Below are positions 13,595 through 23,003 of a DNA stretch of 24,414 nt, piece after piece. This DNA is from a virus (taxonomy: Duplodnaviria > Caudoviricetes): positions 1-24,414 of the IMG/VR virus record IMGVR_UViG_3300020045_005287. One strand, given 5' to 3'. The notes under the pieces are model-generated. The model searched no databases. It saw only the letters and a program-made list of their open reading frames with translations, and was not told the origin of the DNA. Numbering within the stretch: the first letter of the stretch is position 1; every line of letters starts with the position of its first letter. A program made the translations under genes and the position numbers.

Positions 13595-14982
13595 TGGAAC
13601 TTTCACCGAAACAAACCGAGGCTATGAATGCCGTTGAAAGTGAAAAATACAACTTCATCACTTTCGGCGGTGCAATTCGTGGAGGCAAATCAGTTTGGGG
13701 GTTTTCGGCTTTGTTGATATTGTGTACTGTTTATCCTGGTTCAAGATGGTGTATCATTCGTGAAGATATGGAAAAGATTAGAACTACATCAGTACCATCG
13801 TTCAAGAAATTGGAACCAAGCGGTGTTTTAAGACAATCGCCGTATGAATATACGCATCCAAACGGATCTGTAATATTATTCAAATCTGAAAATTACGCAC
13901 AGGATAAAGATTTAGACTGGATGAAAGGTTTGGAGGTTAATGGCTTTCTTTTTGAAGAAATAAACGAATGTCAAAAACAAACGCTTTACAAAGCATTCGA
14001 AAGGGCTGGAAGTTGGATTATACCTCACACGGATAACCAACCAAATCCATTGATAATGGCAACTTGCAATCCTACGTTTGGATGGTTTAAAGAAACGGTT
14101 TATGATCCTTGGAAAACGGAAACTTTGCCAGTAAAATGGCTTTATATTCCTGCTAAAATTACCGACAATGTTGACAAGGATGGTAATTCAAACCTTCCAG
14201 CGGCTTATATCGAAAGTTTGAACAATATGCCAAGATTCGAATATATGGTATTCGTTGAAGGTAATTGGGATGTGCAGCTGAAAACAGGCGGTGAGTTTTA
14301 CAAAAACTTCGAAATTAATCAGCACGTTAGGCACGTAAAATATGACCCAGAATTGCCATTGCACATCAGTTGGGATGATAACGTAAACCCTTATTTGCCT
14401 TGTGGCATTTTTCAAATTGATGGAACCGATATTTATATGATTGATGAAATAGCTGGAGTAACACCAAATAATACAGTTAAATCAGTATGCAACGAAATCA
14501 TTCGAAAATATAAAGCACATAATTCAGGAATGTTTATTTATGGTGATGCCACGGCAAACAAGCAAGATACTAAACTGGAAAAAGGGTATAATTTCTATAC
14601 CATAATCCTTGATTATCTTAAGGAATTCAATCCAGTAAGTAGGGTAATGCGCGCCAATCCAAGCGTGGTAATGCGTGGTAATTGGATAAACACCGTTTTT
14701 GAAACCCAATTGCACGGAATAAGCATAACTATTGGAGAAAATTGCAAGAAAACAATAACTGATTTCGTGACCTTGAAAGAAGCTCCTGACGGTTCCAAGT
14801 TGAAAGAAATGGCAACAGATCCAAAAACAAAAGCGAGGTTTCAAAAGGTAGGACACTTTACAGATTTATTTGATTATCTGATTTGCACAGCATTCAATGA
14901 GAATTACCTTTTATATATGAAAAAACCAAAAGCAATGGTTTATCAAATGACCGAAGAACAAAGCAAAAGTTTAAACTATTAA
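13594..14982 (+). CDS. terL: Terminase large subunit
   Basis: LSPKQ, Walker A GGAIRGGKS, Walker B FLFEEINE, ATCNP coupling motif, nuclease motifs SWDDN and HFTDLFDY. Confidence 0.95.
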   Translation: MELSPKQTEAMNAVESEKYNFITFGGAIRGGKSVWGFSALLILCTVYPGSRWCIIREDMEKIRTTSVPSFKKLEPSGVLRQSPYEYTHPNGSVILFKSENYAQDKDLDWMKGLEVNGFLFEEINECQKQTLYKAFERAGSWIIPHTDNQPNPLIMATCNPTFGWFKETVYDPWKTETLPVKWLYIPAKITDNVDKDGNSNLPAAYIESLNNMPRFEYMVFVEGNWDVQLKTGGEFYKNFEINQHVRHVKYDPELPLHISWDDNVNPYLPCGIFQIDGTDIYMIDEIAGVTPNNTVKSVCNEIIRKYKAHNSGMFIYGDATANKQDTKLEKGYNFYTIILDYLKEFNPVSRVMRANPSVVMRGNWINTVFETQLHGISITIGENCKKTITDFVTLKEAPDGSKLKEMATDPKTKARFQKVGHFTDLFDYLICTAFNENYLLYMKKPKAMVYQMTEEQSKSLNY

Positions 14983-14993
14983 AAAATATCACA

Positions 14994-16421
14994 ATGGAAG
15001 AATTACTAAAATTACTGGTTTCAGATCCGAAAAAGGCAATAACCGAAATCAAGTCGCAATCAAAAGATATAAAACTGATTGAATCCTATGTAAAAGAATA
15101 CCGTGACTTCGACAGAAATCAGCGTGAAGGTCAGCTCGAAAAAATTCAAATAAACAAAACACTAGATGCCGGAAAAACCGCCAAGATGGTTAAGATATAC
15201 CTGAACCACGCACAAAACATAGTAGAAACACTTTCGGCTTTCGTGATTGGTAAACCGGTGACATTGATACCGTCGGAAAACAATGATCTTGCCAAACTCA
15301 TCAAGCAAATTTGGAGGGTAAACCGTATTGATTCCAAATTATTAGAAGCAACCATCATCAAGATGTCACAAACTCAAGTGGCAATGCATTTCTATATTGA
15401 TGATGCAGGGGAAACTTCACTTATAAACAAAATATTGGAATTCTTGAAAATGAAGTCTCAATTGAAAGATATCAAGGTAAAAGTTTTGGACAACACCAAA
15501 GGTGTAATGTCTCCTTATTTTGATGCCAGTGGAAATATGGCCGCTTTTATGTGGGAGTACAAAAATACAGTGAACGGCAAAGAAATAAATAATATCCAGA
15601 TTTGGGATTCTGAAAAGTACTATTACCTGAATGATGAAAAAGGCACTTTGGCTCTTGTATCAAATCCATTACCTCACGGATTTGATAGAATTCCAATCGT
15701 TTACGATAGCCAATCAGAACCTCAATGGTACACGGTGAAATCTCCAATAGATAGAAACGAGATTGCAATATCAAAATTAGGTGATTCCAATGATTATTCT
15801 GGACATCCTATTTTGGTAACTGAAGGCGTTGTAAAGGGTATGCCAACCAAGGAAGAAAGTGGTAAACATTTTAATATTCCAATCCAAATAGATGAAGAGA
15901 CAGGTAAAGAAGTAAAAGGATCTGTTTATTTTCTTGAAGCCACTACAGCCCCAGAAGCTAACAAACTGGAAATGGATAGGCTTGAAGATTACATTGCTTA
16001 TGGTTCCGGAGTTCCTAATTTATCATTGGAAAAATTGAAATCATTGGGTAATGTTGCAGAAAAAACGGTGAAACTGATGTTTTTAGCAACCAACATAAAA
16101 GCATCTTTGAAACAATCTGATACAAAAACTTTCATCGAAAGATGTTTAAACATCATCACATCAGGAGTTGTCAAAACTACAAATACAGCATTGGCTAAAC
16201 ACGGTTCTATGTTGTATTATGACATCCAATTCAATTCCATATTGCCGTCAGATATTGCCGAAACGGTAACAACAGTTACAACTGCCGTGACTGGAAAAAC
16301 AATGAGCCAAAGAACAGCCATAGGAATATTGGACTTGGTTGATGATGTGGATGCTGAATTGAAATTGATTCAGGAAGAAAATGCAACAACTGAAGTTATA
16401 CCAACAAATACAACAGTATAA
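14994..16421 (+). CDS. Portal protein (SPP1 gp6-like)
   Basis: 475 aa following terL; IVETLSAFVIGKPV, PHGFDRIPIVY, SNDYSGHPIL, F.S.LP.D..E and D.DAELKLIQEE. Confidence 0.9.
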   Translation: MEELLKLLVSDPKKAITEIKSQSKDIKLIESYVKEYRDFDRNQREGQLEKIQINKTLDAGKTAKMVKIYLNHAQNIVETLSAFVIGKPVTLIPSENNDLAKLIKQIWRVNRIDSKLLEATIIKMSQTQVAMHFYIDDAGETSLINKILEFLKMKSQLKDIKVKVLDNTKGVMSPYFDASGNMAAFMWEYKNTVNGKEINNIQIWDSEKYYYLNDEKGTLALVSNPLPHGFDRIPIVYDSQSEPQWYTVKSPIDRNEIAISKLGDSNDYSGHPILVTEGVVKGMPTKEESGKHFNIPIQIDEETGKEVKGSVYFLEATTAPEANKLEMDRLEDYIAYGSGVPNLSLEKLKSLGNVAEKTVKLMFLATNIKASLKQSDTKTFIERCLNIITSGVVKTTNTALAKHGSMLYYDIQFNSILPSDIAETVTTVTTAVTGKTMSQRTAIGILDLVDDVDAELKLIQEENATTEVIPTNTTV

Positions 16422-16423
16422 TT

Positions 16424-16669
16424 ATGGAAGCAATCACATTTAAAGGCGCAAATACTATTATTGCCGAAAAACAAGAAGAATACGAATCATTACCGGCTTT
16501 TACAAGCGATGATGGAATAGTTGTCACTTGCTGGAAACTATCCAAAGATGAGGTTAAAAAATTATCTGAAACGGGTGAATTATGGCTTTCGGTAATGACT
16601 TTTAACCAACCTCTTCAACCATTGTTTTTAAGCGTGAACAAAGAAGATGTTATAATTTTTAACGAATAA
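16424..16669 (+). CDS. Hypothetical phage protein
   Basis: 81 aa; Q.EY..LPA...VVTCWKLS.DE...GELWL.V.TFNQPLQP, a pattern I recall from small phage proteins. Confidence 0.82.
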   Translation: MEAITFKGANTIIAEKQEEYESLPAFTSDDGIVVTCWKLSKDEVKKLSETGELWLSVMTFNQPLQPLFLSVNKEDVIIFNE

Positions 16670-16677
16670 AACACATT

Positions 16678-16908
16678 ATGAAAACATTTTTCAAAAAACT
16701 ATTCTTTCCTATATATGTTTTCTTTCGAAAAAAAGATCCTGTAATCAAGGCTAAAATAGAAGAAGTACTTAAATCTTATGACGTACTGATAAAACAATAT
16801 GAATTGATTCAACAACGTAAATCAGGTCTTTCTGCAAACCAAAGAAGAAAAGTCGAAGCGCAAGTTAAATTCCTAATTGCCAAAGGACATATAAAAGTTA
16901 ACCTATAA
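16678..16908 (+). CDS. Hypothetical basic protein
   Basis: 76 aa; YELIQQRKSGLSANQRRKV. Confidence 0.75.
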   Translation: MKTFFKKLFFPIYVFFRKKDPVIKAKIEEVLKSYDVLIKQYELIQQRKSGLSANQRRKVEAQVKFLIAKGHIKVNL

Positions 16909-16955
16909 TCAGCATCAAGAGGATTGGCAGGTATGATCAACTTGCAAGATGCATT

Positions 16956-16987
16956 AAAACCACATTAGAAATAGTGTGGTTTTTTTT
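16956..16987 (+). terminator. Rho-independent terminator
   Basis: CCACATTA-GAAA-TAGTGTGG stem with GNRA loop followed by a T-run; the upstream A-run makes it potentially bidirectional. Confidence 0.85.
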
Positions 16988-17002
16988 ATGTCAATATTTC
17001 CT

Positions 17003-17043
17003 ATTTAGAAACGTTATAAATAAGAAAATATTTTCTACATTTG
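17003..17043 (+). promoter_or_regulatory. Head-operon promoter (-7 box TACATTTG at 17036-17043) with an upstream dyad resembling a flavobacterial Fur box (17003-17021)
   Basis: TAnnTTTG consensus 35 bp before the scaffold ATG; imperfect palindrome ATTTAGAAACGTTATAAAT over the -33 region. Confidence 0.6.
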
Positions 17044-17077
17044 TTCCACTATAAATCAACAATTTAAAACATTAATT

Positions 17078-17740
17078 ATGGCAGTAGACAAAGTGAAAGT
17101 GATAGCAAGACTTAAGGCATTGTTCCCTAAGGCTAATTTATCGCAACAAAGGTTAGACGCAATAGCGGATAAACTTGCAAAAAAACCAGCAGACGACGCT
17201 GATGATACAGCTATTGATGCAGTGATTAACGATTTCAACGATGTGTTAAGCATCGAAGACATTGCAAAAGGGGATGATAGAACTCGCACCCTTGAAGCGG
17301 AAAAAAAGAAAGCGGATGAACTTGCAACAAAGAAAAAAGACGGTGGCGAAGAGGAAAAAAAAGATGAAGTTAAAATTGATGATGATGCGCCAGCTTGGGC
17401 TAAAGCATTATTGAAACAAAATGAAAAATTAACTTCTGATTTAGAATCCATCAAGTCTGGGAATGTCAAACAAAGTAAATTGGAACAAGCAAAATCATTG
17501 CTTGGGAAATCGGAGGTCTTTAAAAAACTCGACGAGGAAACCAAAGGCTTTATGCTTAAAAATGTTGAACTGGATTCTGAAACTCCATTCGAAGAGCAAA
17601 TAACAGGCTTGGAAAGTGTGTTTTCTAAAATGGTTCAAACCAATGCTGATACAAATCAATATGCTCCTGGTGCCGGTCAAGGCGTTCCAAGCAATGCAGT
17701 TGATGAAAAATTAGTGGAAGGTATTGTTGAAAGTTTATAA
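17078..17740 (+). CDS. Putative capsid scaffolding protein
   Basis: Highly charged helical protein with PAWAKAL motif, placed before the decoration and capsid genes. Confidence 0.75.
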   Translation: MAVDKVKVIARLKALFPKANLSQQRLDAIADKLAKKPADDADDTAIDAVINDFNDVLSIEDIAKGDDRTRTLEAEKKKADELATKKKDGGEEEKKDEVKIDDDAPAWAKALLKQNEKLTSDLESIKSGNVKQSKLEQAKSLLGKSEVFKKLDEETKGFMLKNVELDSETPFEEQITGLESVFSKMVQTNADTNQYAPGAGQGVPSNAVDEKLVEGIVESL

Positions 17741-17776
17741 AAGAAAAAAAAACATTAACAAAACACATTAGAAATT

Positions 17777-18178
17777 ATGTCTGACGTAAAAGGAGATTTA
17801 AATAATACACCGATCCAAGTAGATACTACTTTGGATAGTATTATCATCAAAAAAGTAGACCACGACATTCCGGGAGGTAAAACTTTGGACGTTACAGGTG
17901 TTACTGAAGAAGTTCTTAAAGCTGGTAGGGTTATCATTGTTGAAACTGCTACAGGTGTTCACAAACCATTGGGTATTACCGACGGTGCTTATGTGGCATT
18001 ACCATCTTTACATACCTACAAAGGTATTTTGATTGCTACCATTCTAACAAAAAGACCATTTGCGTCTGTAATGTTAGGTGGAGACGTTAACGAAGGAGCT
18101 GTAATCAATTATGATTTGCCAGCTATTCCATCAGGTGCCAAAACGGCATTAACTCACATTTTATTCACTCAAGATTAA
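17777..18178 (+). CDS. Putative head decoration protein
   Basis: 133 aa, beta-rich; IPGGKTLDVTG...VLKAG.VI; lies between scaffold and capsid. Confidence 0.7.
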   Translation: MSDVKGDLNNTPIQVDTTLDSIIIKKVDHDIPGGKTLDVTGVTEEVLKAGRVIIVETATGVHKPLGITDGAYVALPSLHTYKGILIATILTKRPFASVMLGGDVNEGAVINYDLPAIPSGAKTALTHILFTQD

Positions 18179-18185
18179 TTAAATT

Positions 18186-19730
18186 ATGGAAAAGTCATTA
18201 TTCCCTGCGTGGGTGGATAAATATTTCAAAATGTTTACCCAAAAGATTGTAGAAAAACTAAACGGATCCACAAATCCGCTTACGTATCTTCACAGAACGA
18301 TGTTGAAAAAAGAATATTCTCCCACACTTCGTTGGGGTTCTTTGTCAACTTCAAATACTGTTGTTTCTGCTGATGTAGTTGCAATGGATTCAAGTTTACC
18401 ATTGAAAAAAAGAGATTCCATCAAGAAAGCCGATGGTGAAATTCCTAAAATAGGTATGAAACTAGCCTTGAACGAAACTACTATGAATGAGTTAAACATT
18501 CTATTAGCTGTTGGAGGTCAAGATTCAGAAGTTTTAAGAAAACTTTTCGCCGATACTAACAAGGTAGTTTCAGGGGTTTGGGAAAGATTGGAATTTATGT
18601 TTCATCAAGCATTGTCGACAGGTTATATATTGGTTGCCGATGATGACAATCCAGGTCTTGGAGTCCGTGTAAATTTCAATCATTCAGATGATAATAAATT
18701 TGGAGTTGAGATTAAATGGTCTGAATCGGGAGCTAAATGTATCGATGATATCGACAGGGTTATTGAAGCTGCAAGACCATCTGGAAATACAATCAAGTAC
18801 ATCTTGATGGATAAAGCCACTTGGAACAAATTCAAACAAAATCAGCAAGTGAGAGAAGGTTACGCTTTTTATCGTGATTTCGTTGGCTCAAACATTCCAC
18901 CAGTACAATCAGTTGAAAAAGCAAATGAATTTTTGCAAGCTTCTTATGGAGTTACAATTACTATTGTTGATCGTCACGTTTTAGTTGAGAAAAACGGTAC
19001 TCAAAAATCAATCAAACCTTGGGCAGATAATGCCGTGGTATTCTTGACTGACTTAAACGTGGGTACATTGACTTATGGTAGATTAGCTGAAGAAACTTTT
19101 CCAAGCAAAAATGTTGATTACCAAAAACTAGATGATTTCATCTTGGTATCTAAATACCATTTGAATGATCCAATTAAAGAGTTGACATCTTCTCAAGCTA
19201 TTGTATTACCAGTTCTAAACAACATCGACAGTATATACATAATGGATTGTGAGGAATCGCAAACAGAATCAGGTCAAACTGAAGATGATGCAACTATCAC
19301 CATATATGCTGATTCAACTGTTACAATCGCAAATCTTGTAAATGCATTGAATGAAGTTGGAGTTACTGCAAGTTCCGAAATGACAGATGTTCAGTTAATC
19401 AAGTTGGTTAACAAATTAAGCAAAGCCAAAGAAGCTACCTTGAAAGAAATTCTTGAAATTCCTGTTGTTGATGCTGGTGCAAACACAACTTCAAGTGCTG
19501 CAACTAAAGCGTTGTTAGGAACTGCAACAGCTGCCGGAGATAAAGAAATTGAATCAGTTCTTTGGACTCAAGTTTCTGGACCAAACACGGCTGCATTTAG
19601 TGCCGCAACAGCATTGAGCACAAATGCTACAGGTTTAGTTACCGGTGTTTACGTGTTCAAATTGACTGCAACGGATTCTGAAGGTACAGTGGCATCTGAC
19701 ACAATCACAATCACAGCAACTGTAGCATAA
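18186..19730 (+). CDS. Major capsid protein (lambda gpE-like) with C-terminal helical linker and PKD/Ig-like domain
   Basis: ADVVAMDSSLPLKKR...GEIPKIGMK, ERLEFMFHQALSTG and PVL..IDSIY. The C-terminus PVVDAG...WTQVSGP...GVYVFKLTATDSEG is PKD-like. Confidence 0.88.
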   Translation: MEKSLFPAWVDKYFKMFTQKIVEKLNGSTNPLTYLHRTMLKKEYSPTLRWGSLSTSNTVVSADVVAMDSSLPLKKRDSIKKADGEIPKIGMKLALNETTMNELNILLAVGGQDSEVLRKLFADTNKVVSGVWERLEFMFHQALSTGYILVADDDNPGLGVRVNFNHSDDNKFGVEIKWSESGAKCIDDIDRVIEAARPSGNTIKYILMDKATWNKFKQNQQVREGYAFYRDFVGSNIPPVQSVEKANEFLQASYGVTITIVDRHVLVEKNGTQKSIKPWADNAVVFLTDLNVGTLTYGRLAEETFPSKNVDYQKLDDFILVSKYHLNDPIKELTSSQAIVLPVLNNIDSIYIMDCEESQTESGQTEDDATITIYADSTVTIANLVNALNEVGVTASSEMTDVQLIKLVNKLSKAKEATLKEILEIPVVDAGANTTSSAATKALLGTATAAGDKEIESVLWTQVSGPNTAAFSAATALSTNATGLVTGVYVFKLTATDSEGTVASDTITITATVA

Positions 19731-19731
19731 T

Positions 19732-20310
19732 ATGTACAGCCAAGAAGTCATATCATCAATTTCAGAAAGGATTGCTTTTAGTAATTCCTTAAACCCAGAT
19801 TTTCCGGTTGAGTTGTCAGACGATAACTCAACCGGTACATCCGGAAGAAAATTTGAATCTTTCCATCAATTGGTAACGATTGACAATATCTATGCTTCAG
19901 TTAAGGAAATTGATATGGATGAAGAATTATTCAATGAATATCTGAAAGAAATGAAAATGCAAACTGTTTTAGAAGTTTTGCCTAAAATATTTGATTCGAA
20001 CACTCAATACATTGACGCAACGGATTATTCAAATGTTATTACTGCAAAAGCAAGTTTGATAGATGAGTGTATAGGTTATTCGATGGCTTCAAAAGTCATC
20101 GAATTACTTATTACAACTCAAAGAATTAATTCAGAAGAAAGATCTAATAAATTAAGTTATTCTGCATTGAAAATTGAACTTGATGGAGTGAGAAACGACA
20201 AAGGATTTTTAGTTTCAAAAGGGATTATTTATAAAATGAACAGTGCCATTAAAAGAACATCAAAAATCATTTTTCCTGTTGTAGCAACAATAACATCTAA
20301 ACCCTGGTAA
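19732..20310 (+). CDS. Putative head-tail adaptor/neck protein
   Basis: Position after the capsid gene; SGRKFESFHQLVTIDNI. The function is inferred from synteny. Confidence 0.55.
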   Translation: MYSQEVISSISERIAFSNSLNPDFPVELSDDNSTGTSGRKFESFHQLVTIDNIYASVKEIDMDEELFNEYLKEMKMQTVLEVLPKIFDSNTQYIDATDYSNVITAKASLIDECIGYSMASKVIELLITTQRINSEERSNKLSYSALKIELDGVRNDKGFLVSKGIIYKMNSAIKRTSKIIFPVVATITSKPW

Positions 20311-20841
20311 ATGAATCACACAATTGAAAACCCAAAAGGAATTGATTATCCAGTTCAGCAGATTCAAACATATTTGTTTAACAAGCTTGGATGGTCAGAA
20401 ATAGAAGTTTACGGTCGTGTTTTCAAATTACAAACGGAAAATGGATTTGTTCCAAGAGGATTTGTATCTGGAAAAGATTACAAGGATGTGTTTACAGATG
20501 ATCGTAAAACAGCCAGTATCTTTTTCATCTGTGATGACAATCACGAAACCAAGCAAGGCATTTTATTTACCGTAAAAGTAAAAATAGTGTTTATGGTTAA
20601 TGTAAAAAAGATATTGACCAATGTTGTTAGTAGGGGTGACACAGATGTTCAGGAACAAGCAATCACGACATTAATGCAGATGAGGTCTTTTGTGTTTAAT
20701 GGAGAAATCGAAACAAAAATTGAAGAGATATTTAAAGGATTCACAACGGAAAGTATTAAAAAATCCGATATGCAACCTTACCACGTCTTTTCATTGAATG
20801 GTGAGATAAACTACACTTTTCAAGGCAATTGCTTCAAATAA
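20311..20841 (+). CDS. Putative tail terminator/completion protein
   Basis: Position before the major tail gene; size and beta-rich C-terminus (DMQPYHVFSL.GEINY). Confidence 0.55.
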   Translation: MNHTIENPKGIDYPVQQIQTYLFNKLGWSEIEVYGRVFKLQTENGFVPRGFVSGKDYKDVFTDDRKTASIFFICDDNHETKQGILFTVKVKIVFMVNVKKILTNVVSRGDTDVQEQAITTLMQMRSFVFNGEIETKIEEIFKGFTTESIKKSDMQPYHVFSLNGEINYTFQGNCFK

Positions 20842-20871
20842 AAAAATTATTAATCAATAAAAAAATACACC

Positions 20872-21762
20872 ATGGTTAAAAGTAAATCAGAAGTATGTGA
20901 TACAGCTACCAAAAAAGTAAAAAACACCGGACAACGTGGGTTGCCGTGTTTAGAAGGTACGCTAATTAAAATGGCAGTTGCCAAACAGGATTTTAGATTC
21001 GACACTTTTGCAGATTTTAAAACATTGGCAAAATGGAATGAAGCTATTGCAGCAAAGGACATTGTTCCATTGTTTGATGCTTATGAAGTTGCGGATGAAA
21101 ATACCGAAGCCACAAAATACGAAACTGGAAACTTCTCTTATGAGACTTCTCCAGCTGTCAAAAAAACAGGATCCGAATCGTATTTATCATTCTGTTCCCA
21201 CGCTGCATTGGCATCGTTGAGAGGTTCAGAATATTCCCAAATGTTCGAGTTCAATTCTGATGGTTCCGTAGTTGGAATTTATGATTCTGACGGTATCAAA
21301 ATCAAAGGTCAAGACCTTAAAGATTTGAATATTGGTATCAGAAATAGAGCCACAAAAGACAAAGTTCCTTTTACTAAAGTAGTTGCTACTTATAGAGATT
21401 TCAAGGAATTGGAAGATAACTATGCCGTTGCAAAACCAATCTGGACAGCAGCGGACATTGACGGTATTTATGATGTGATAATCGAACAGGTTTCGGCAAC
21501 TGCAACATCAATCAAGGTTAGAATAACTGAAGAATGCTCTTCTGCAAAAGTGAAAACATTGATAAGTGGCGACTTGATTGTAAAAGACACTACTGGAGGT
21601 GTTGAGACAGTTACTTTCGTGGGTTATGATGATGAAAATGACTTATACGAATTGACTGGAACAGCTATTGCTGACGGCTTCACCGTGTCATTGAATGGTG
21701 TTGTTACAGCTGGAGAAGTTTCTTATGAAGCCGTTGAACCATTAGTTTTAGCAGTTACATAA
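20872..21762 (+). CDS. Putative major tail (tube) protein
   Basis: 296 aa, acidic, Thr/Val-rich with an Ig-like C-terminal part; fits the position in the tail module. Confidence 0.7.
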   Translation: MVKSKSEVCDTATKKVKNTGQRGLPCLEGTLIKMAVAKQDFRFDTFADFKTLAKWNEAIAAKDIVPLFDAYEVADENTEATKYETGNFSYETSPAVKKTGSESYLSFCSHAALASLRGSEYSQMFEFNSDGSVVGIYDSDGIKIKGQDLKDLNIGIRNRATKDKVPFTKVVATYRDFKELEDNYAVAKPIWTAADIDGIYDVIIEQVSATATSIKVRITEECSSAKVKTLISGDLIVKDTTGGVETVTFVGYDDENDLYELTGTAIADGFTVSLNGVVTAGEVSYEAVEPLVLAVT

Positions 21763-21763
21763 G

Positions 21764-21979
21764 ATGGAAAACACCTATAAAGGGATAGTATTCGCAAAGG
21801 GCTATAACAAGCCCTTTAGCGAATTTAAAACCGAGTTCGAGCAAACACACGTTTTTAAAAAAATCCCAAGTGCCGACAGATTGAAAGCACTCAAAGAAGC
21901 TCATAAAATAGCAATCAATGGCAACACTAAACCAGCAGTTACAGAAAGCGAAAAGCCTGAACCAACAGGCAATAACTAA
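21764..21979 (+). CDS. Hypothetical tail-module protein
   Basis: 71 aa starting just after the major tail stop codon. Confidence 0.65.
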   Translation: MENTYKGIVFAKGYNKPFSEFKTEFEQTHVFKKIPSADRLKALKEAHKIAINGNTKPAVTESEKPEPTGNN

Positions 21980-22394
21980 AGAACTGTTTTTGTTTATTCG
22001 CAGCATTGAAAATGAATTTTTAGACCGGAACAAGGAACAAATAAACATTGATTCAACTGATATTTTCGAAAAAGCATTAGGTTTTTATTCTGAAGCAACA
22101 GAATATATCACCACCAACAATGCACTACTTGGAAAAGGAGGTACAATCAAAAAAGCTGGAGATCCTTACACAGGTAAGGATACTGGAGATTGGCTTGATG
22201 GGTTCTACATTCAAATAGTAAACAATGTGGTTCGTTTTGGCTCAAATGATCCTAAAACAGGAAATATTTTGCAAGGCGAACATTGGTTAACAACTGAATT
22301 TTTCGGTTTAACAGATAAAAATTTAAAGGAAGTGATAAGCAAATTATTGCTTCCTTTTTTATTAACCAAAACCAGAAATACACTCGACATCTAA
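21918..22394 (+). CDS. Putative virion morphogenesis/tail completion protein
   Basis: KKAGDPYT.KDTGDW..GF...S.DPKT...FFGLT..NL pattern, resembling neck/tail-completion proteins. Confidence 0.6.
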   Translation: MATLNQQLQKAKSLNQQAITKELFLFIRSIENEFLDRNKEQINIDSTDIFEKALGFYSEATEYITTNNALLGKGGTIKKAGDPYTGKDTGDWLDGFYIQIVNNVVRFGSNDPKTGNILQGEHWLTTEFFGLTDKNLKEVISKLLLPFLLTKTRNTLDI

Positions 22395-22395
22395 A

Positions 22396-22998
22396 ATGTA
22401 TAAATCATTAAAATATATACCATACGTAATTTTCTTTGAGATTTTAGAATCGTCAAATTTCCATTTGCTGTCCAAAGAAGAAAAGGAATTTGAAGATTTT
22501 ACCGATTCTGAATTAGAAGAATTTGTAACAGTCTGGGAAAAGATTTACAAGGAATCTATTTCGTTAGATCCTACAAGTGAATATGACAAAATTTTAAAGA
22601 TTGAACGTGAGGTAAGCCATTTTAAAGCAAAATACAAGTATATAAAAATTGCTTGTCAGTGTTTAAGATTTGATTATGATCAAGAATTATTCGATGAAAT
22701 AAATGCTTTTGGTTATGGCTTGAAAGATGATGAAAATTACTATTCCCATTTAGAACGAATCGAGCGTGAAGCAGAAGGTCTTTTGGTAAAATCGGAAAGA
22801 TTTGCTAGTCAATTGCCAAAGATTGACGAACAAGAACCAACCAAAAAAGTAAGTCCTTATGATATTTTGGGAAGCTATTCTGCCATTTTGGGAATTGCAT
22901 TAAACTTCAACAAAGTGACTTATTTGGAAGCCAAAGCATACGAATTGCAAGTTTCAAACAAAATCAAGGCAGCCCTTAAAAATACTGATAAAAAATAA
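22396..22998 (+). CDS. Hypothetical protein, possibly a tail assembly chaperone
   Basis: 200-aa acidic helical protein directly upstream of the tape measure gene. Confidence 0.6.
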   Translation: MYKSLKYIPYVIFFEILESSNFHLLSKEEKEFEDFTDSELEEFVTVWEKIYKESISLDPTSEYDKILKIEREVSHFKAKYKYIKIACQCLRFDYDQELFDEINAFGYGLKDDENYYSHLERIEREAEGLLVKSERFASQLPKIDEQEPTKKVSPYDILGSYSAILGIALNFNKVTYLEAKAYELQVSNKIKAALKNTDKK

Positions 22999-23003
22999 TT
23001 ACG

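Noticed and set aside
21840-21979. Programmed -1 frameshift linking tail chaperone ORFs
   Set aside because: The overlapping ORF at 21918 is in the +1 frame relative to 21764, and the T/A run near 21852 is not an in-frame X XXY YYZ heptamer.
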